DNA from: Chiloscyllium plagiosum
Lineage: Eukaryota
DNA length: 64,000 nt
Direction: 5' to 3'
NCBI RefSeq assembly: GCF_004010195.1
Contig: NC_057718.1
Coordinates: 88,864,229 to 88,928,228, forward strand
Under the pieces are notes generated by a model. It did no database searches and was not told the origin of the DNA. It was given only the letters and a program-made list of their open reading frames with translations. Of this stretch, positions 1 to 13,399 are shown in pieces (the first letter of the stretch is position 1; every line of letters starts with the position of its first letter). The translations under genes were made by a program, and so were the position numbers.

Positions 1-179
1 TCAAAACTACACTTATTACAAATCAATAAATAAATAAATAATGCAGCTCAGCGCAACAAGACCATAGCTCTCAACCTTTGAGAGCATCAATTATTAAACC
101 CACATTTGTTTGAAATTCTTCTCTCAGGGCATTAGATTTATTAAACCAAACCATTATGGCTCGACAAAAGCCCTAATCA

Positions 180-2010
180 AAATGGCAGACAGATCTGCTT
201 CCAAATAATTCAAAAAAGGTGGCCATGTCTTATAAAAAATGTCCATTTTCTGGTGCACCATATTTGTGAGAAAGTCCAAAGGGATGTGTTCCATAATTAA
301 CTTACACCACCCTGAAAGATCCGGGGGGGGGGGGTTTCAATCACCCAGCACATCAGAATGTTCTTCCTCGCACAAAAAGTGAGCATGTTAAAAAGCTTTT
401 TCCCATGTACATTTAGGGAGATAAATTTGGCAAACCCAGGAGCAGAGAGACCTGGCGCACCTTGACTTCAGTCCCCAAGACCCCCTCGATTACTCCTGCC
501 ACAGCGCTCCAGTATATATGGAGACTGTGGCAGGACCACAAACAATGAGTGAGGGTACCCATATTTATTTTACACTTGGGGCACATTGAGGACGCACCCT
601 GCTGAAATTTTGCAAGACGATCTGGGACCAGATGAGCCCTGTGAGGAATCTTTAACTGCACAGCATGGGTCCTATTACATATCGAAATGTTTCTCGCGTT
701 CTCACAAATGTCCTCCCATGTTTCCAGAATGATCTCAACTCCTAACTCTTTCTCCCAGACCTCACGTAAAAGCTCAGCGTCACCCGAGGAACCTCCCCCC
801 CAACAAGTTAGATTAGACTCCCGATAGTGTGGAAACAGGCCCTTTGGCCCAACAAGTCCACACCGACCCTCCGAAGAGTAACCCGCCCAGACCCATTTCC
901 CTCTGACTGATGCACCTAACACTATGGGCAATTTAGCATGGCCAATTCACCTAACCTGTACCATGGGCAATTTAGCATGGCCAATTCACTTAACCTGCAC
1001 ACCTTTGGACTGTGGGAGGAAACCAGAGCACCCAGAGGTAACCCACACAGACGCAGGGAGAATGTGCAAACTCCACACAGACAGTCACCCGAGGCCAGAA
1101 TCGAACCCGGGTCCCTTGTGCTGTGAGGCTGCAGTGCTACCACTGAGCCACCGAGAGCACTCACTGAAAGAGTGCTCTCAGCCTGAAGCCCCCTCTTTTC
1201 CATATCAGATCTATAACACTCAGTCAGATGTATGGTCTCCTTTTGGATAGAATCTTTAAAATGAAAGAAATGGAAGAGGTCCCTACTGGACAATCCATAT
1301 TTTGGAATCATTTGATCAAATGACATCAACATTTCACCCTCAAACAGATCACCCAAACAAGAAACTCCCCTATCTGCCCAAAGTTTAAACCCAGGATCCA
1401 TTGTCCTTAGCCAGAAACCCAGCCAACTATGGGAGTAAGAAAAGATGTTTTAGACATATTACTCTCTATCTGCCTCATTGCGCTCTGTCCTTTGATGTTG
1501 TTAGTAACTATTGGATTATGGCTGTGTCCTGCAACTGTCCTGATTTTGTCTAAAAACAGCAGGTTGATAAGAGGACACTTTGTCTGGGACGCCTCAATGT
1601 CCAAACATGTCGACACCAAGTCCTCACAGGCCCAGTCACTTACAAACGATAGGAGGGAGCTCAGTTGATATCATCTAATGTCCAGGAGGTCCATTCCCCC
1701 CAACCCCTGGGGCAACTGCAGTTTCCCAAGCTTAATAAAGGGCCGCTTATAGCGTCAAATAAACAAACTAAACCAGCCATTCAATTTCCGAAATGTACAA
1801 TAAGTGAGAAAGAACATTCATTTTGATAAGAGCATCTCGACCCAACCATCATCTTGGAAGGGGCTCCCCCATCTTTGAAGGTCTTGTTTAACCTTGTCAA
1901 ATAAATAAACAAAATTAGCCTCTAATAACTGATTAAAGCTAGGAGGTAACAGAGCGGCCCAAATAAAGAAAACCTCCCTGTGTCCACTTAAAGGGGAACC
2001 CGCCTTCTCC
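180..2010 (-). mobile_element. L1/Tx1-clade LINE ORF2 3' remnant, interrupted by a SINE
   Basis: Minus-strand peptides WEKELG...QLKIPHRAHL...CPKCKINMGTLTHCLWSC (CCHC zf-RVT motif), FKLWADRGVSCLGDLF and LQLPQGLGG are typical of the L1 ORF2 C-terminus. Stops and frameshifts are present. Confidence 0.85.
807..1153 (-). mobile_element. HE1-type tRNA-derived V-SINE with an internal ~39 bp tandem duplication
   Basis: Minus strand reads GGTGGCTCAGTGGTAGCACTG (A box), GGTTCGATTC (B box), the V-domain GTGTGGAGTTTGCACATTCTCC and a CR1-like tail. ATGGGCAATTTAGCATGGCCAATTCAC occurs at both 924 and 963. Confidence 0.85.
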
Positions 2011-2179
2011 AGATCCTGTTAAATCATTGCAGAAGACACAGGGTAGTTGACACACTAACTGTAAAATCTTTCAGACACTATTTCAAGGCATTTGCTTGCA
2101 GCAACTGGTGGAAGAGAATATCTAGCTGTCTTTCAGGTGAGTTTGGAAAAACTCTTGTCAATCACATCATGTTAACAAG

Positions 2180-2640
2180 CAGATGTAGCAAACAATTCAG
2201 AAGACAAATGATATGTTAGCCTTTATTATAAAGGATAAGATTAATGAAATCTACATGCAACTGTATTTAGCCTTGCTCAGATCACACCTGAATCACTGTG
2301 TATACTTTTGGCCTCTTCATAACAAAGGATACATTTACCATTGAGACAACTTATTGACATGATTCGAATCCTTAAGGGACTTGATAGGATAGGTATTGAG
2401 GAAAATGTTTCCTTGGCCTGGAGTCTACAGATAGGAGCCACAGTCTCAGAGTAAAGGGTTGGCCATTTAGGACCGAGATGAGGAGAATTTTTTAAAAGGT
2501 TTGTGAATTTTTGGATTTATTTACCCTGAGAGCTGTGGATGCTCAGTCTTTGAATATAGCTAAGATAGAGCTTGATAGATTTTTAAACATTTGGAGAATC
2601 AAGAGATATGGGGATTGTGGCAATTGAGGATAGATAGATA
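2180..2640 (+). mobile_element. CR1 LINE 3' fragment, decayed
   Basis: Degenerate ORF2 C-terminus (GGAGCCACAGTCTCAGAGTAAAGGG...GAGATGAGGAGAATTTT). Confidence 0.7.
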
Positions 2641-2649
2641 CTGCCACCA

Positions 2650-3740
2650 TTCCTGTAAGGGTCTCTTTTTGATTTACAATTGTCCTGAAACAGTGAGTCT
2701 TATTGAGAAGAGGTCTTTGTCTTAATACAATGTAGTTTATTGCATGACAGCAGTCGTGCATAACTTATTTAGTACTGAGACGACCGAGAGACATGTTGGA
2801 AATGTTAGCTTCCTTTTGAGATCCAAAGTATTCTCTCAATTTGAACAGACTGTATCACATCACCAAATAGGCTGGAGCTCAATGCAGAACCCAATATTAA
2901 CCCACTCATTACTTTATACAATATGTCAGAACTTTTGTACCCATGTGACTATGGGTATTTTGGTGAGCTTATTAAACGTTCAAATCCAAAACTGGCTGAA
3001 AGACACATTAGCAAACTGTGGTCCATTGTCTGACATGAGCATATCTGGAATCTCCTGAATAGTGAACACTTCACGCAAGATGCTGACAACTGTCTTCATG
3101 GTGATGGTATATAACTTTCTCATCTCTATCCACTGAGAAAAATTGTCAGCACCATTAAGCTTAGAGCATCTTTCAAATGTTAGTAGGTCACTTTCTGCTT
3201 GTTCCCAAAGTCAGATGGGGAAAAGTGTGGGAATCAAAAGCTCTCACTGCTCAGGCCTATGAATATCACGAGTTTCACATTCAGCTGTAATATCCTCAGT
3301 CTCCTTTGAGATTTCTGACCATCATTCTGCACTAGCTGATCCCCGAGTGTCCCTGGGTGTCCAGGATACCTTTCTGTAGCAAGTCATCTACAATTGTGAA
3401 ATGCTGCCAATGTTCAAAGCAGGTCTTCACGGTCAAACTTCAATGCCACACCAGTGAATGGCAACAGGCTCTCAGTCCTATTATTTGCCTTATTTGACTG
3501 GACACTCTATCACTGTGTCCTGAACATGATATTGTTTCACATTGTCATTCATTGTAAGACTGTCAACTGTCCCTCTGGAGAATGGATCTGCTGTTGTTTG
3601 TACCTTCCCCTGAGCAAATGTTGTCCGACCAGTAAGTCTTCTGGGGTGGAATCAGAATCTCTGTATCCATGAAGACATCTTTGCCAATTCTTTCCTCTGG
3701 GCAGAAGGAGAAGAAATGTCCAGAAGATCAAGTCATCTTT
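2650..3740 (-). mobile_element. Ty3/Gypsy LTR-retrotransposon pol remnant (RNase H C-terminus and integrase)
   Basis: My minus-strand translations: KELAKMSSWIQRF*...QGKVQTTADPFSR (~3575-3693, RNase H end); ADNFSQWIEMRKLYTITMKTVVSILREVFTIQEIPDMLMSDNGPQFA (~3010-3150, integrase core); GFERLISSPKYP*SHG (~2940-2987). Confidence 0.88.
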
Positions 3741-3764
3741 CAAGATTTTAGCACCTCAAGATAT

Positions 3765-4045
3765 TTTCTACCAACCTGTTCAGAGATTATGTCACACATT
3801 CCTGGAGCAGGTGGGACTTGAACCTATGCCTCCTGGTTCAGAGGCAAGGGGACTACCACTGCATCACAAAAGCCCTTAACCACATTAAGAACTACGCATA
3901 TAGACAATGAGAAGTGGCAACTGCTTAAGTGAGCAATGGTTCAGATTTTTTTTATCAGCCTGCTCCGAGATGTTATTACATACCTCTGCAATGGATGGGT
4001 TTTGAAGCCAGGTTTCCTGGCTCACAGTTAGGGACACTAACACCA
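3765..4045 (-). mobile_element. Two short tRNA-derived SINE-like copies in tandem (related + strand copy at ~4575-4680)
   Basis: Minus strand GTGATGCAGTGGTAGTCCCCTTGCCTCTGAACCAGGAGGCATAGGTTCAAGTCCC has A/B-box-like motifs; the same sequence recurs at 4579-4680. Confidence 0.5.
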
Positions 4046-4051
4046 TACTAA

Positions 4052-4175
4052 GACGTGGAGCTGCCGGTGTTGGACTGGGGTGGACAAAGTCAGAAGTCAC
4101 GTGACACCAGGTTAGAGTCCAACAGTGTATTTGAAATCACAAGCTTTTTGAGCGCTGCTCCTTCATCAGGTGAAA
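4052..4175 (-). mobile_element. PLE terminus (family B) with a mutated hammerhead core
   Basis: Minus strand TCAC-CTGATGA-A-GGAGC-AGC-GCTCA-AAA-AGCTT-GTGA followed by the tail shared with the 6014, 25410 and 50219 copies. Confidence 0.65.
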
Positions 4176-4954
4176 ACTGTGCCTATGCCTGAAGCTGCCT
4201 GTTAGCACTCCCTTCTCTCACTGCTAGCCATCTCAGCTTGTTTTACTGCAGTATTAATTTCTGGTTCTCCCCTTTCCCAGCAGAGATACTAATGTTACTC
4301 ACAGAATTTCAATATTTTCGCTTCCTAGCTGAATCTCAAACCAGGAATGCTCCTATAGATCCTTGCTTCCCAATGGAATTACTAACTGCTGTACCTGATT
4401 GGACTTTAAGCTCTTACTAGCCCTTATGGGCTTGTTCTGCATTTATTACTGTCTGAAATAAAGGCTTTAGCCTGGACTGCTGTTTTGCCCTTTGCTGGTG
4501 AGGTTCTGCTGACTCCATTTTTGCGTCTAAGCACTTGCAGCTTCTGATTGTCTGTTTGAGTAGTTCTTAAAGTGGTTCAGGGCTTTTGTGGTGCCCTTGC
4601 CTCTGAACCAGGAGGTATAGGTTGGAGTCCCACCTTCTCTGGAGGGGTATGATACCATCTCTGAACAGGTGGTTAGAAAGTACCTTGAAGTGGTAAAGTC
4701 TTTAAAGATCACTTGATCTTCTGGACATTTTCCCTCCTCACTCCAGTGGATATTTTTCGCTGCTGTACTGCATGCCAGTAAGTAATAAATCCCACCGCTG
4801 ATTACCTTGGGGTATTTGTGTGTAGAAGGAAGCTGCCCTTTCTTTGCCTGGGTCTAAGGGCCCAGATCAATTCCTGCAGTAGTGACACAGTTAGTAGTAA
4901 GTCTCAATACCAAGATGTAATTTATTGCAATTAGGCACTAGTACCACCACCTGC

Positions 4955-5235
4955 CGGTGGTTGTGGTTAGCACTGGTGCCTCACAGTCCAAGAGTCCCAG
5001 GTTCAATTCCAGCCTCGGAGTGTGGTGTTTGCACGTTCTCCCTGTGTCTGCGTGGGTTTCCTCCCATGGTCCAAAGATGTGCAGGCCAGGTGAATTGGCC
5101 ATGCTAAATTGCCTGTAGTGTTAGGTACATTAGTTAGAGGGAAATGGGTCTGGGTGGGTTACTCTCCGGAGGGTCGGTGTGGACTTGTTGGGTCGAAGGG
5201 CCTGTTTCCACACTAGAGAATCTAATCTAATCTAA
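4955..5235 (+). mobile_element. HE1-type V-SINE
   Basis: tRNA head, V-domain and (AATCT)n tail. Confidence 0.85.
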
Positions 5236-5924
5236 AACTTGGTTATACGTTATTACAAAGGATTCAGGGATACATAGATGACAGATCTGCTCTCCTTCAA
5301 GATCCATTACTGCTCTCCCAGTCTTCCCACACAAGACTGTATACAATATCAGTTTAGCTGGAGTTTAGTTCAGTCTCCAACGTTAATCCTTTCAAAACCA
5401 CCACCTTACAGGACAGTGCCAGAAAAGCAACCGAGCTATAAAATTCACCTGATCTTCCAGTGGTGCAACGGACTCAACTCTGGTGGCAGACCCCCACTCC
5501 TATTGTGAAATAATTGTCTTTCCCTTGTTGTCCTCTGCTGTTGGAGTCCTAGTGTTTTCTCAGGATTAGATTACCAACAGCGTGGAAACAGGCCCTTCGG
5601 CCCAACAAGTCCACACCGACCCTCCAAAGAGCAACCCAGCCAATCCCATTCCCCTACAAATGGTTGTTCTGGATTTGCTGGGGTAAGGGATTAGGCCTTC
5701 TTTTGGAACAAGCTTTGTGTATTCAAGTATAATGCTGGGCTGCAACCAAGACTTTTGAAAGAAAAACGCGTTTACGTTGTGCCTTTTGATAATGTCAGAT
5801 ACAATTAATTGTCTGCTTTGCAACTTTATGTTTAAAGACTGTAAATAATACTATGGTTGTTGTATTACGACTGGGTCTTTAAGAGTGTATATTCAGGTGA
5901 TTATGATGAAAGTGCCAGCTATGA

Positions 5925-6472
5925 CTTGGTTGGCATCATTCCTGCCCGAACCGGTGGTTGTATGTACAAGTCTAGTTTGAAAGATTAAATTCCAGGCTGC
6001 CACTCTGGACAACCAGCTGATGAAGGAGCAGTTCTCCGAAAGCTAGTGCCTCCAAATAAACCTGTTGGACTATAACCTGGTGTCGTGTGATTCTTAACTC
6101 TGTCCACCCCAGTCCAACACCAGCTCCTCCAGTCTCTAGTGCAGCACAGCAGGAACATTGCACTGTTGGGTTTGGGTTAGCCGTTAAATCAAAGGCTGCG
6201 TGGCCCTTTCAGGTGTATCTAAAAGATCCTGAAACGTATTCTGAAGAACAGAGCAGTTCTTTTCCAGGTGCTGACCAATATTTACTGTTCCGTCGGCATC
6301 CCTAAAACAGATTATCCGGTCACCACCCCATTGTGCAATACTGCTGTGTTCAATTTGACTGCCACATTCCCTGCACTCCAACAGTGATCAAGTTTCCCAT
6401 GTAATTCATTGGATGTAAAGATCTTTGGGACATCTCAAGGCAATGGAAAATACTATATAAATACAAGTCTTT
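5925..6472 (+). mobile_element. Deu-domain SINE (SacSINE1/AmnSINE-like) with a nested PLE terminus at ~6010-6131
   Basis: AAAAGATCC...TCTGAAGAACAGAGCAGTTC...GACCAATATTTA core and L2-like tail TTTGGGACATC...CTATATAAATACAAGTCTTT. Confidence 0.65.
6014..6048 (+). ncRNA. Minimal type-I hammerhead ribozyme motif in a PLE terminus (stem I damaged)
   Basis: CAG-CTGATGA-A-GGAG(CAGTT)CTCC-GAA-AGCT-A-GTG: core CUGAUGA/GAAA, stem II, palindromic stem III AGCU and a UA cleavage site. Confidence 0.6.
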
Positions 6473-8642
6473 TAAAATGTAGTACGCTTTAGTACAATTG
6501 CAAATGTGCCTAAAGACTGTGCATCAGGCGCTGTGCATTGTGTTATCCCGTTGTGAATAATTTCTTGTTCTACTTTTGTTTGTTATTTACTGGATGGCAA
6601 TAAAATAATCCACACGATATAGAAAAAGCCCATGCAGTGGTGGCTGTAAACACAGGATCTTACAGATTCAAGCTTCAGCCCTGAAAGTCTGTGATGCAAA
6701 GCACTATAGGATGAGAGCCAATACAAAAACTTTATTGCATTTTACTAAGCTACAAATCGCCGCAAGCAAAGTTCTTGCGGTATTAGCAAAGTTGAAAAAT
6801 AACAGAGCCGTGCAGAAGTCTTAAAAGAAAAAGACTATTAGATCAATAATACATGATTTAGGACACATCGAGGTACTGGTCACTTAAAAAAGTACCATTT
6901 AGGTATTGGCTGTCTCTGACCTCAGGTACATCACAGCTCAGTACTTTTTTTAACTCATCGAGGGGATAAGGGCCAGGCCAGCACTTATTGCCCAGAAGGT
7001 AGTTTTAAGACTCAACCACATTGCTGTGGGTCTGAAGTCACATGTAGACTAGACCAGGTAAAGACATTTTCCCCCAAAGCACATTAGTGTACCTGATGGG
7101 TTTTTCCAACAATGGATTCACTTTCATCGTTAGATGAATAACTCTCAATATTATTTTTACTGAATTCAAATTCCAGCATCTGCAACGGCAGGATTCGGAC
7201 CCAGGTCCCCAGGACATCTGGATTCACAGTCCAGCAAAAGGAGCACGAGGTTGCCGATCCCCTATTCCATCCCATTATTGGCACAAAAGCTTTCAGCTGT
7301 CTGGAAATTACCGTGCTGAGAAAAACAAGCATTGTTAGTGATACTCTGTTAAAACAACAGCACAGTCAGAGGGAAAAAGCCTTGAAAAGGATATTACCCA
7401 CCAAGGTCTCTGCAATCTGACTTTGCTGTTTGAGAACATGGAGCAGAGAAGGACTGTTGCCAGCAGCTGATACTGTCTGAAGGCTCCACTCGAACCTCAC
7501 TAACCCAAGCAGCTGGAGTCACAATTTATGCTGGAATTCAGCTTGTTGCCATATTGCATGTTGCGTAATTGCTTCCAACCATAGAGAGGACAAAACACTT
7601 CTCCTTTCTGATGAATCTCAGTAATGTGCGCCAAGCCTGAGATAAATACGAGCAAGACATGGGCACATGAGGTATGAAACAATTAATCATTTTAGGTTTG
7701 GTGCATTGGAGTTTATTGAGGGATAGGAAGACTGAATTTGCACTATGAACTTTATGTGTCGGAAATGGGATTGTCTGCTACAGTACTCTGTGTTCTTTAC
7801 TGTAATGCCATATAAAGTTAGGGCCCAGTACATTTTGTTTGTTCCTTTGAAGTGCTAACGTGAGGGGCTGTGATCCCTGTTCACAGGTGACTGTTAATGC
7901 TTAGAAATGATTTGTGGACAGAGACTTTATGCAATCCTGGCCACAGGTGGCTGTTATAAAGAGGTTTGTTCTTTTTTGGACTACGCCACTTTATTGTTGA
8001 GCCTGCTGTTTGATGGTCCTTCTGGGCGAGAGGCTCTTTTACATGTGGTCTGCAAGCCGGATTTCTCCATGCTGCGGAAAATGAGGCGTTCAAAGTTTGT
8101 GTTTCTCTGTAGTTCATGAGCAATTCCAGTTCACACGCAATTGCAGTCACGCTGGACCTCAAAAGGAAATAAACTCAAAGGCGTGGGACTGGTGTTGAGC
8201 TCACTATGCATTTGAAATCTGTGTGCAGGATTAACCAACTGAAACAATTGGTTATTCATAATTGCTATTAAATCACGTTTTTGGACTCTTTGTTTTATTT
8301 CCTACACTCAACGAACTTTAAATAAATGTCGGATATTGTAGACAGCATTCCTGTGTGGAGTTTGCAATGTTAGGTTTAAACTCATATCTTCATATTTCAT
8401 GACTTTGTGTGATTGGTACATGTTGTGAATTCAGCCACAGACAGGGCCAACTCACATTCTGCATCATTCTCCTGGTTCCTGGTTCTGAGGATGACCTCTC
8501 TTCATCATCTTCTCCTCTGGAACCTTAAGACAAGCTCAGACAGCTGTTGGCTTAAACATTCATCAAACATCTGGCATGGAAAGACAGCTCTTTGAAGAAG
8601 GAACTGGACTGAGATTTGCGTTTTCCATTTGAAATCTTTTTT

Positions 8643-8952
8643 TTAGATTAGATTAGATTACATTACAGTACATTACAGTGTGGAAACAGGCCCTTCGGCC
8701 CAACAAGTCCACACCGACCCACCGAAGCGCAACCCACATGTACCCCAACATGTACCCCTTACCTAACACTACGGGCAATTTAGCATGGCCAATTCACCTG
8801 ACCTGCACATCTTTGGACTGTGGGAGGAAACCGGAGCACCCGGAGGAAACCCACGCAGACACGGGGAGAACGTGCAAATTCCACACAGACAGTTGCCTGA
8901 GGCGGGAATTGAACCCAGGTCTCTGGCGCTGTGAGGCAGCAGTGCTAACCAG
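8643..8952 (-). mobile_element. HE1-type V-SINE
   Basis: Reverse complement of the SINE consensus with (TTAGA)n tail. Confidence 0.85.
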
Positions 8953-9831
8953 TCCATCTCCCCTTTTGGTCCTTTATCGGGCTGTTCTCGGGTATCTCAG
9001 GTGAAAGCCTTCCCTCTGCAACTAGTTTTCCCTTTCATAGAACATTAGAGCACAATACAGGTCCTTCAGCCCTCGATGTTGCGCACGTTCCTCATGCTGC
9101 CATCAGCAAGATCTTAGTTGCTTTGATCTCCACATTGCTTTCCAGGCCATTGACACCACGCTGAATCTGACCCTTGGTGCCTTCATTAGACCTTGTAATA
9201 CACCCCAGCAATCTTGGTGTCTGCAGAATGGTTCCATCCCCATAGCCTTACTTTTGGTGTAGACAGGCCTGTGAATGCTCCTGCACAATTGAATGTAAAA
9301 TACCCTCCTTCATGCACCCCCTTGGCATATATCACTACTGCTGGTGAATCTTAGGTGCCCTTCTAGTCAAGAAGGCTGGGACATAGAGTCATACAGCACG
9401 GAAACAGACCCTTCGGTCCAACCAGTCCATGCTGTCTGTAATCCCAAACTAAACCAGTCCCAGTTGCCTCTGCGTGGTACATATCCCTCCAAATATTTCT
9501 TATTCATGTACTTCTCTGAATGTCTTTTAAAAGTTGCAGCAGCTGCAGCATCCACCACTTCCACACACAAACCACTCTCTGTGCAAAAACAAATGTGCCC
9601 CTCATGTCTTTTTTAAATCCTACATATTGAGGATGTTGTTGTTTGAAGAGGAAAGAGTTGAACCTCAGAGTTCAGACAGTCGTTATTTTGAGGTGCAAGA
9701 ACAGAAATTTCTGGAAAAGCTCAGCACCTGTCTAGAGAAAACAAGAGAATTAACATTTCGGGCTCAGTGACCCTTCTGCAGTAAGTTTCTGGTTGTGTTT
9801 GGATTCTCTGAGTTGCCTTGTTTGCACTGTG

Positions 9832-9946
9832 CAGGTAAACAGGTAAACAGGAAAACAGGTAAACAGGTAAACAGGTAAACAGGAAAACAGGTAAACAGGT
9901 AAACAGGAAAACAGGTAAACAGGAAAACAGGAAAACAGGTAAACAG
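9832..9946. repeat. 8-bp minisatellite (CAGGTAAA/CAGGAAAA) x14
   Basis: Direct count: 9 CAGGTAAA and 5 CAGGAAAA units. Confidence 0.97.
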
Positions 9947-10844
9947 ATCACCAGCCCCTCTCATTTGTGCTGTGCATTGTCTGACTGACCTTATTTTAAA
10001 AAAAATTATTTTGAGAAAGATGTTGATTTCAAACTTTTCCTTTGACTCTTTCTTCCTCTATGCTCTCCCTTCAGAATGCAGCCACTGTAGCTGTAGCTAA
10101 CCTCTCATTTCTCCTTGGACATCTTCAGTGCACCTTCAATTCCACCTCCCTTACTTTTGAGCATTTGGCATTTCACCACCTCCTTTGATGTTCCATCTCT
10201 TCCCCTCATCCTAACTCCATTCGGCTTCCCATGCCCAACCCACTGCCCCTTATTCAGTTCACCTTCTCCCGCTCTTGTCTACCCAATGACCCCACTATGT
10301 TCCCTACCCTTCCTTGGTCCCTTTGACCATATCATTGTGACTCTCCCCTCTGTCTCCTCCATCCATTCATCAAGATTCTACCAATGCTCCTGACAACCAC
10401 GCCACTTAGTTCCCTATTGTTCCTTTCCACTCAGCCCAACATCTTTTGAATATGTTTTGTCAAGTCCCCTTCTAAACAGAACACCCTTTTCATTCAGACC
10501 CCTTTCCAGTTGAGTCCCATTTCCCTGCCCTGAGCAGGTTTGTTAGGGTCATCCAATGTGGGCTATTGGGCCCAGTCAACCATCACCCCTTACACTGCAA
10601 GCATACACTAAACAAGCAAAACCAAATATTACTGAGACTCTTCATGAGCTGATTAAACTGGTGAGACCTCACCTCTTATACTTTAAGGGTTTGCAAGCAA
10701 GAACATGTTTGACAGAGGCTTCTCATGAGCTGGTCGACTCACTTCTTTCACAGTGTTTGCACGAAGAGATGGTTTAGTTTTGAAGAAGCCAAGTAACAGC
10801 AGCAGTTTTGATTCATCGGCATTTGGAGGAAGTTGCATTGCATA

Positions 10845-11415
10845 TAGAACAGAGAACAGTATAGCATTGTATAGGCCCTTCGGCTTTTGACATTGTGATG
10901 GCCTTTTATCCTATTCCAAGATCAGACTAACCTTTCATTGTACTTTCTTCCACATGCCTATCCAAGAATCACTTACATGTCCCTAATGTATCTGACTCTA
11001 CTATCACTGCTGGCAATGCATCCCATGCACCCACCACTCTCTGAGTGAAGAACCTACCTCTGATATCTCCCCATAACCTTCCTCCGATTACTTTAAAATT
11101 ATGCCCCATTTTGATAGACATTTATACCATGGGAAAAGGTCTCTGGCTATCCACACTATCTATGCCTCTCAACATCTTGTACACCTCTATCAAAGTAATC
11201 TCTCGTTCTTCTTCATTCCAATGAGAAAAGCCCTGGCTCCCTCAACCTTTCTTCATAAGTCATGCCCTCCATTCCAGGCAGCATCCTGGTAAATCTCCTC
11301 TGCACCCTCTCTAAAGCTTCCACAGCTTTCCTATAATGAGGCAACCAGAACTGACCACAATATTCCAAGGGTGGTCTGACCAGGGGTCTATAAAGCTGCA
11401 GCATAACCTCATGGC
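10845..11415 (-). mobile_element. CR1 LINE 3' end
   Basis: ORF VMLQLYRPLVRPPLEYCGQFWLPHYRKAVEALERVQRRFTRMLPG plus the 3' UTR. Confidence 0.9.
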
Positions 11416-13006
11416 TATTGGAGACCCAAGTGTGTGCTTGGGTTTGTGAACACATGTATTTCCCTTTTTTGACTAACAAGATTGTGCCCCTGTGTAGTTT
11501 GGGATATTAATCCGTATTCATGGCACGCTGATGAATATGAAAGCACTCCCGACTAGGAACATCTTTGGATAATGTATAGAAATGACGCCCCATTATTCCC
11601 ACAGTTGTCACAAAATTTAAAGAGTTTTTAAAAATGCATAATTCCCCAATTTTCAGATTTTCAAACCCAGACTGACCAGGTTTCTGTACCTAACAAGAAT
11701 TACTATTTATTGTAAGTAAATACACTCCGGCTACAATCATAAACCATCAATATCTAACTCTACTAACTAAAACTGCAATCCCATGATGAACACCCCTTTA
11801 CACAAGCAAACATAGACATGGAGTGGGGAAAAAAGAAAACACAGGTGTTATGGAGGGAGGGAAAAACTGGGAAGGTTGTTCAGTGGTTCCAGATCACAGA
11901 ACTTGTTGAGATGGTTCCTATGCTTATCAGAACATTGCTTCTCAGTCTTCCTTCTTTGAATGCTTTCATTGGTTTTCAGAAGACACAGGGTGGCTGGTTC
12001 ATTCCAATAAAAACTTTATTAATTAAAAGTCTTATGGCAATTTCTGAAAGAAAAGTAATTTGGTATCCTCAGGCTTAAAGTGGGTTTTGCTGTAGTTAAC
12101 ACTGACAGCTCCTGGGCTGGAGAAGATCTGATAACTGCTCGGTATGATTTTCACAGTCCAAAACTGTTTGGCTACCCGAGAACCATTCACATAGCTGTTG
12201 GGAGGCAGAGGGATTTTATCATCGACAATTGGTCACCAGTCCATGAACCAATCAGCTATTAGTTGCTGGCTGAATCTCCTGTTTGTACACACACTGGGCT
12301 CCAACTCGTCTGCACATTCTCTTACAACTGCTTGAATCAGCAGCTTCGTAAACAGTATTTATAATGAGTGTCAGGTTAATTGCTTGCCAAAACATACTGT
12401 CATCCTCCAGCAATCCTTGGATTTAAAACAGTTCTTTTCTCATTTCAAACTGGTACAATTAGAGCATTTAAAAGGCATCTGGATAGGTATATGAATAGGA
12501 AGGGTTTAGAGGGATAGGGGCTGGCAAATGGGGCTAGATTAGGTTCGGATATCTGGTTGGCATGGATGAGTTGGGCCAATGGGCCTGTTTCCATGCTGTA
12601 CATCTCTATTACTCTCTGATTCTAATTTTTAAAAAAGACATGGTCTTTACATGGAAACCTGACCTGCCTGAAAACCTCTGAGAACTTACGACCAAACTTC
12701 TAACCTGCTGTCAGGAAAATTTGCCTCCCACCCAATTACATTGCATTGCTCAGCCCTCTATGACCTCTTGATGGTCCCGGAACATTCAATCTGGGATATG
12801 GATAATTGCACGTCTGACTAATAAACTAAACATAGGTAACAGACAGAATGTGCGTTTTCACACAGTGACTGCACGGGACCTTTAACCTCACAAGCCCCAG
12901 TGCTCCCAGTGTCACCACAAAAGTGAATACTTCAACTAATGTTCACAAAGTCCCCAATTTATCTGCCTGATGGACTCAGGGTAACAAAACACCAGGCAGG
13001 TACCTA

Positions 13007-13226
13007 AAGGCCGTTCCGCTATAACGCGGGTTCAGTCATTACGAATTGGCTATAACGTGACTGACGAATAGAGGACGCTCTTTCTGAAGTGCGAACTTTT
13101 AAAATGTGTGTTGGTTGTAACACAATTGTATCACCAACACTTTAAGTGCTACTTTTAACTGTGCGATTTTTGTATAGCGCGGGGTCACCCAAGAATGCAA
13201 CCATCGCGTTATAGAAGGACTACCTG
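13007..13226. mobile_element. Tc1/mariner (Tigger-like) MITE
   Basis: Imperfect TIRs AAGGCCGTTCCGCTATAACGCG ... CGCGTTATAGAAGGACTACCTG, flanked by TA on both sides. A related copy lies at 22040-22258. Confidence 0.7.
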
Positions 13227-13399
13227 TATACTTAACAAGAACTACTATTAATTATAAACAAGTTCTAGTCAAAGGTGAACAGAACTATGAACTATTCGTA
13301 CATAACTCTACCAGTTAAACTCACTGCTTAATCATCTACCACGTATATACAACAGACAAAAAGAAAATCATTCATGTTAGGATTGGAGGGATAAAAACA

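Noticed and set aside
9832..9946. CRISPR-like array
   Set aside because: No spacers, and the context is eukaryotic.
9721..9964. Repetitive LPVFLF ORFs
   Set aside because: Translations of the 8-bp minisatellite.
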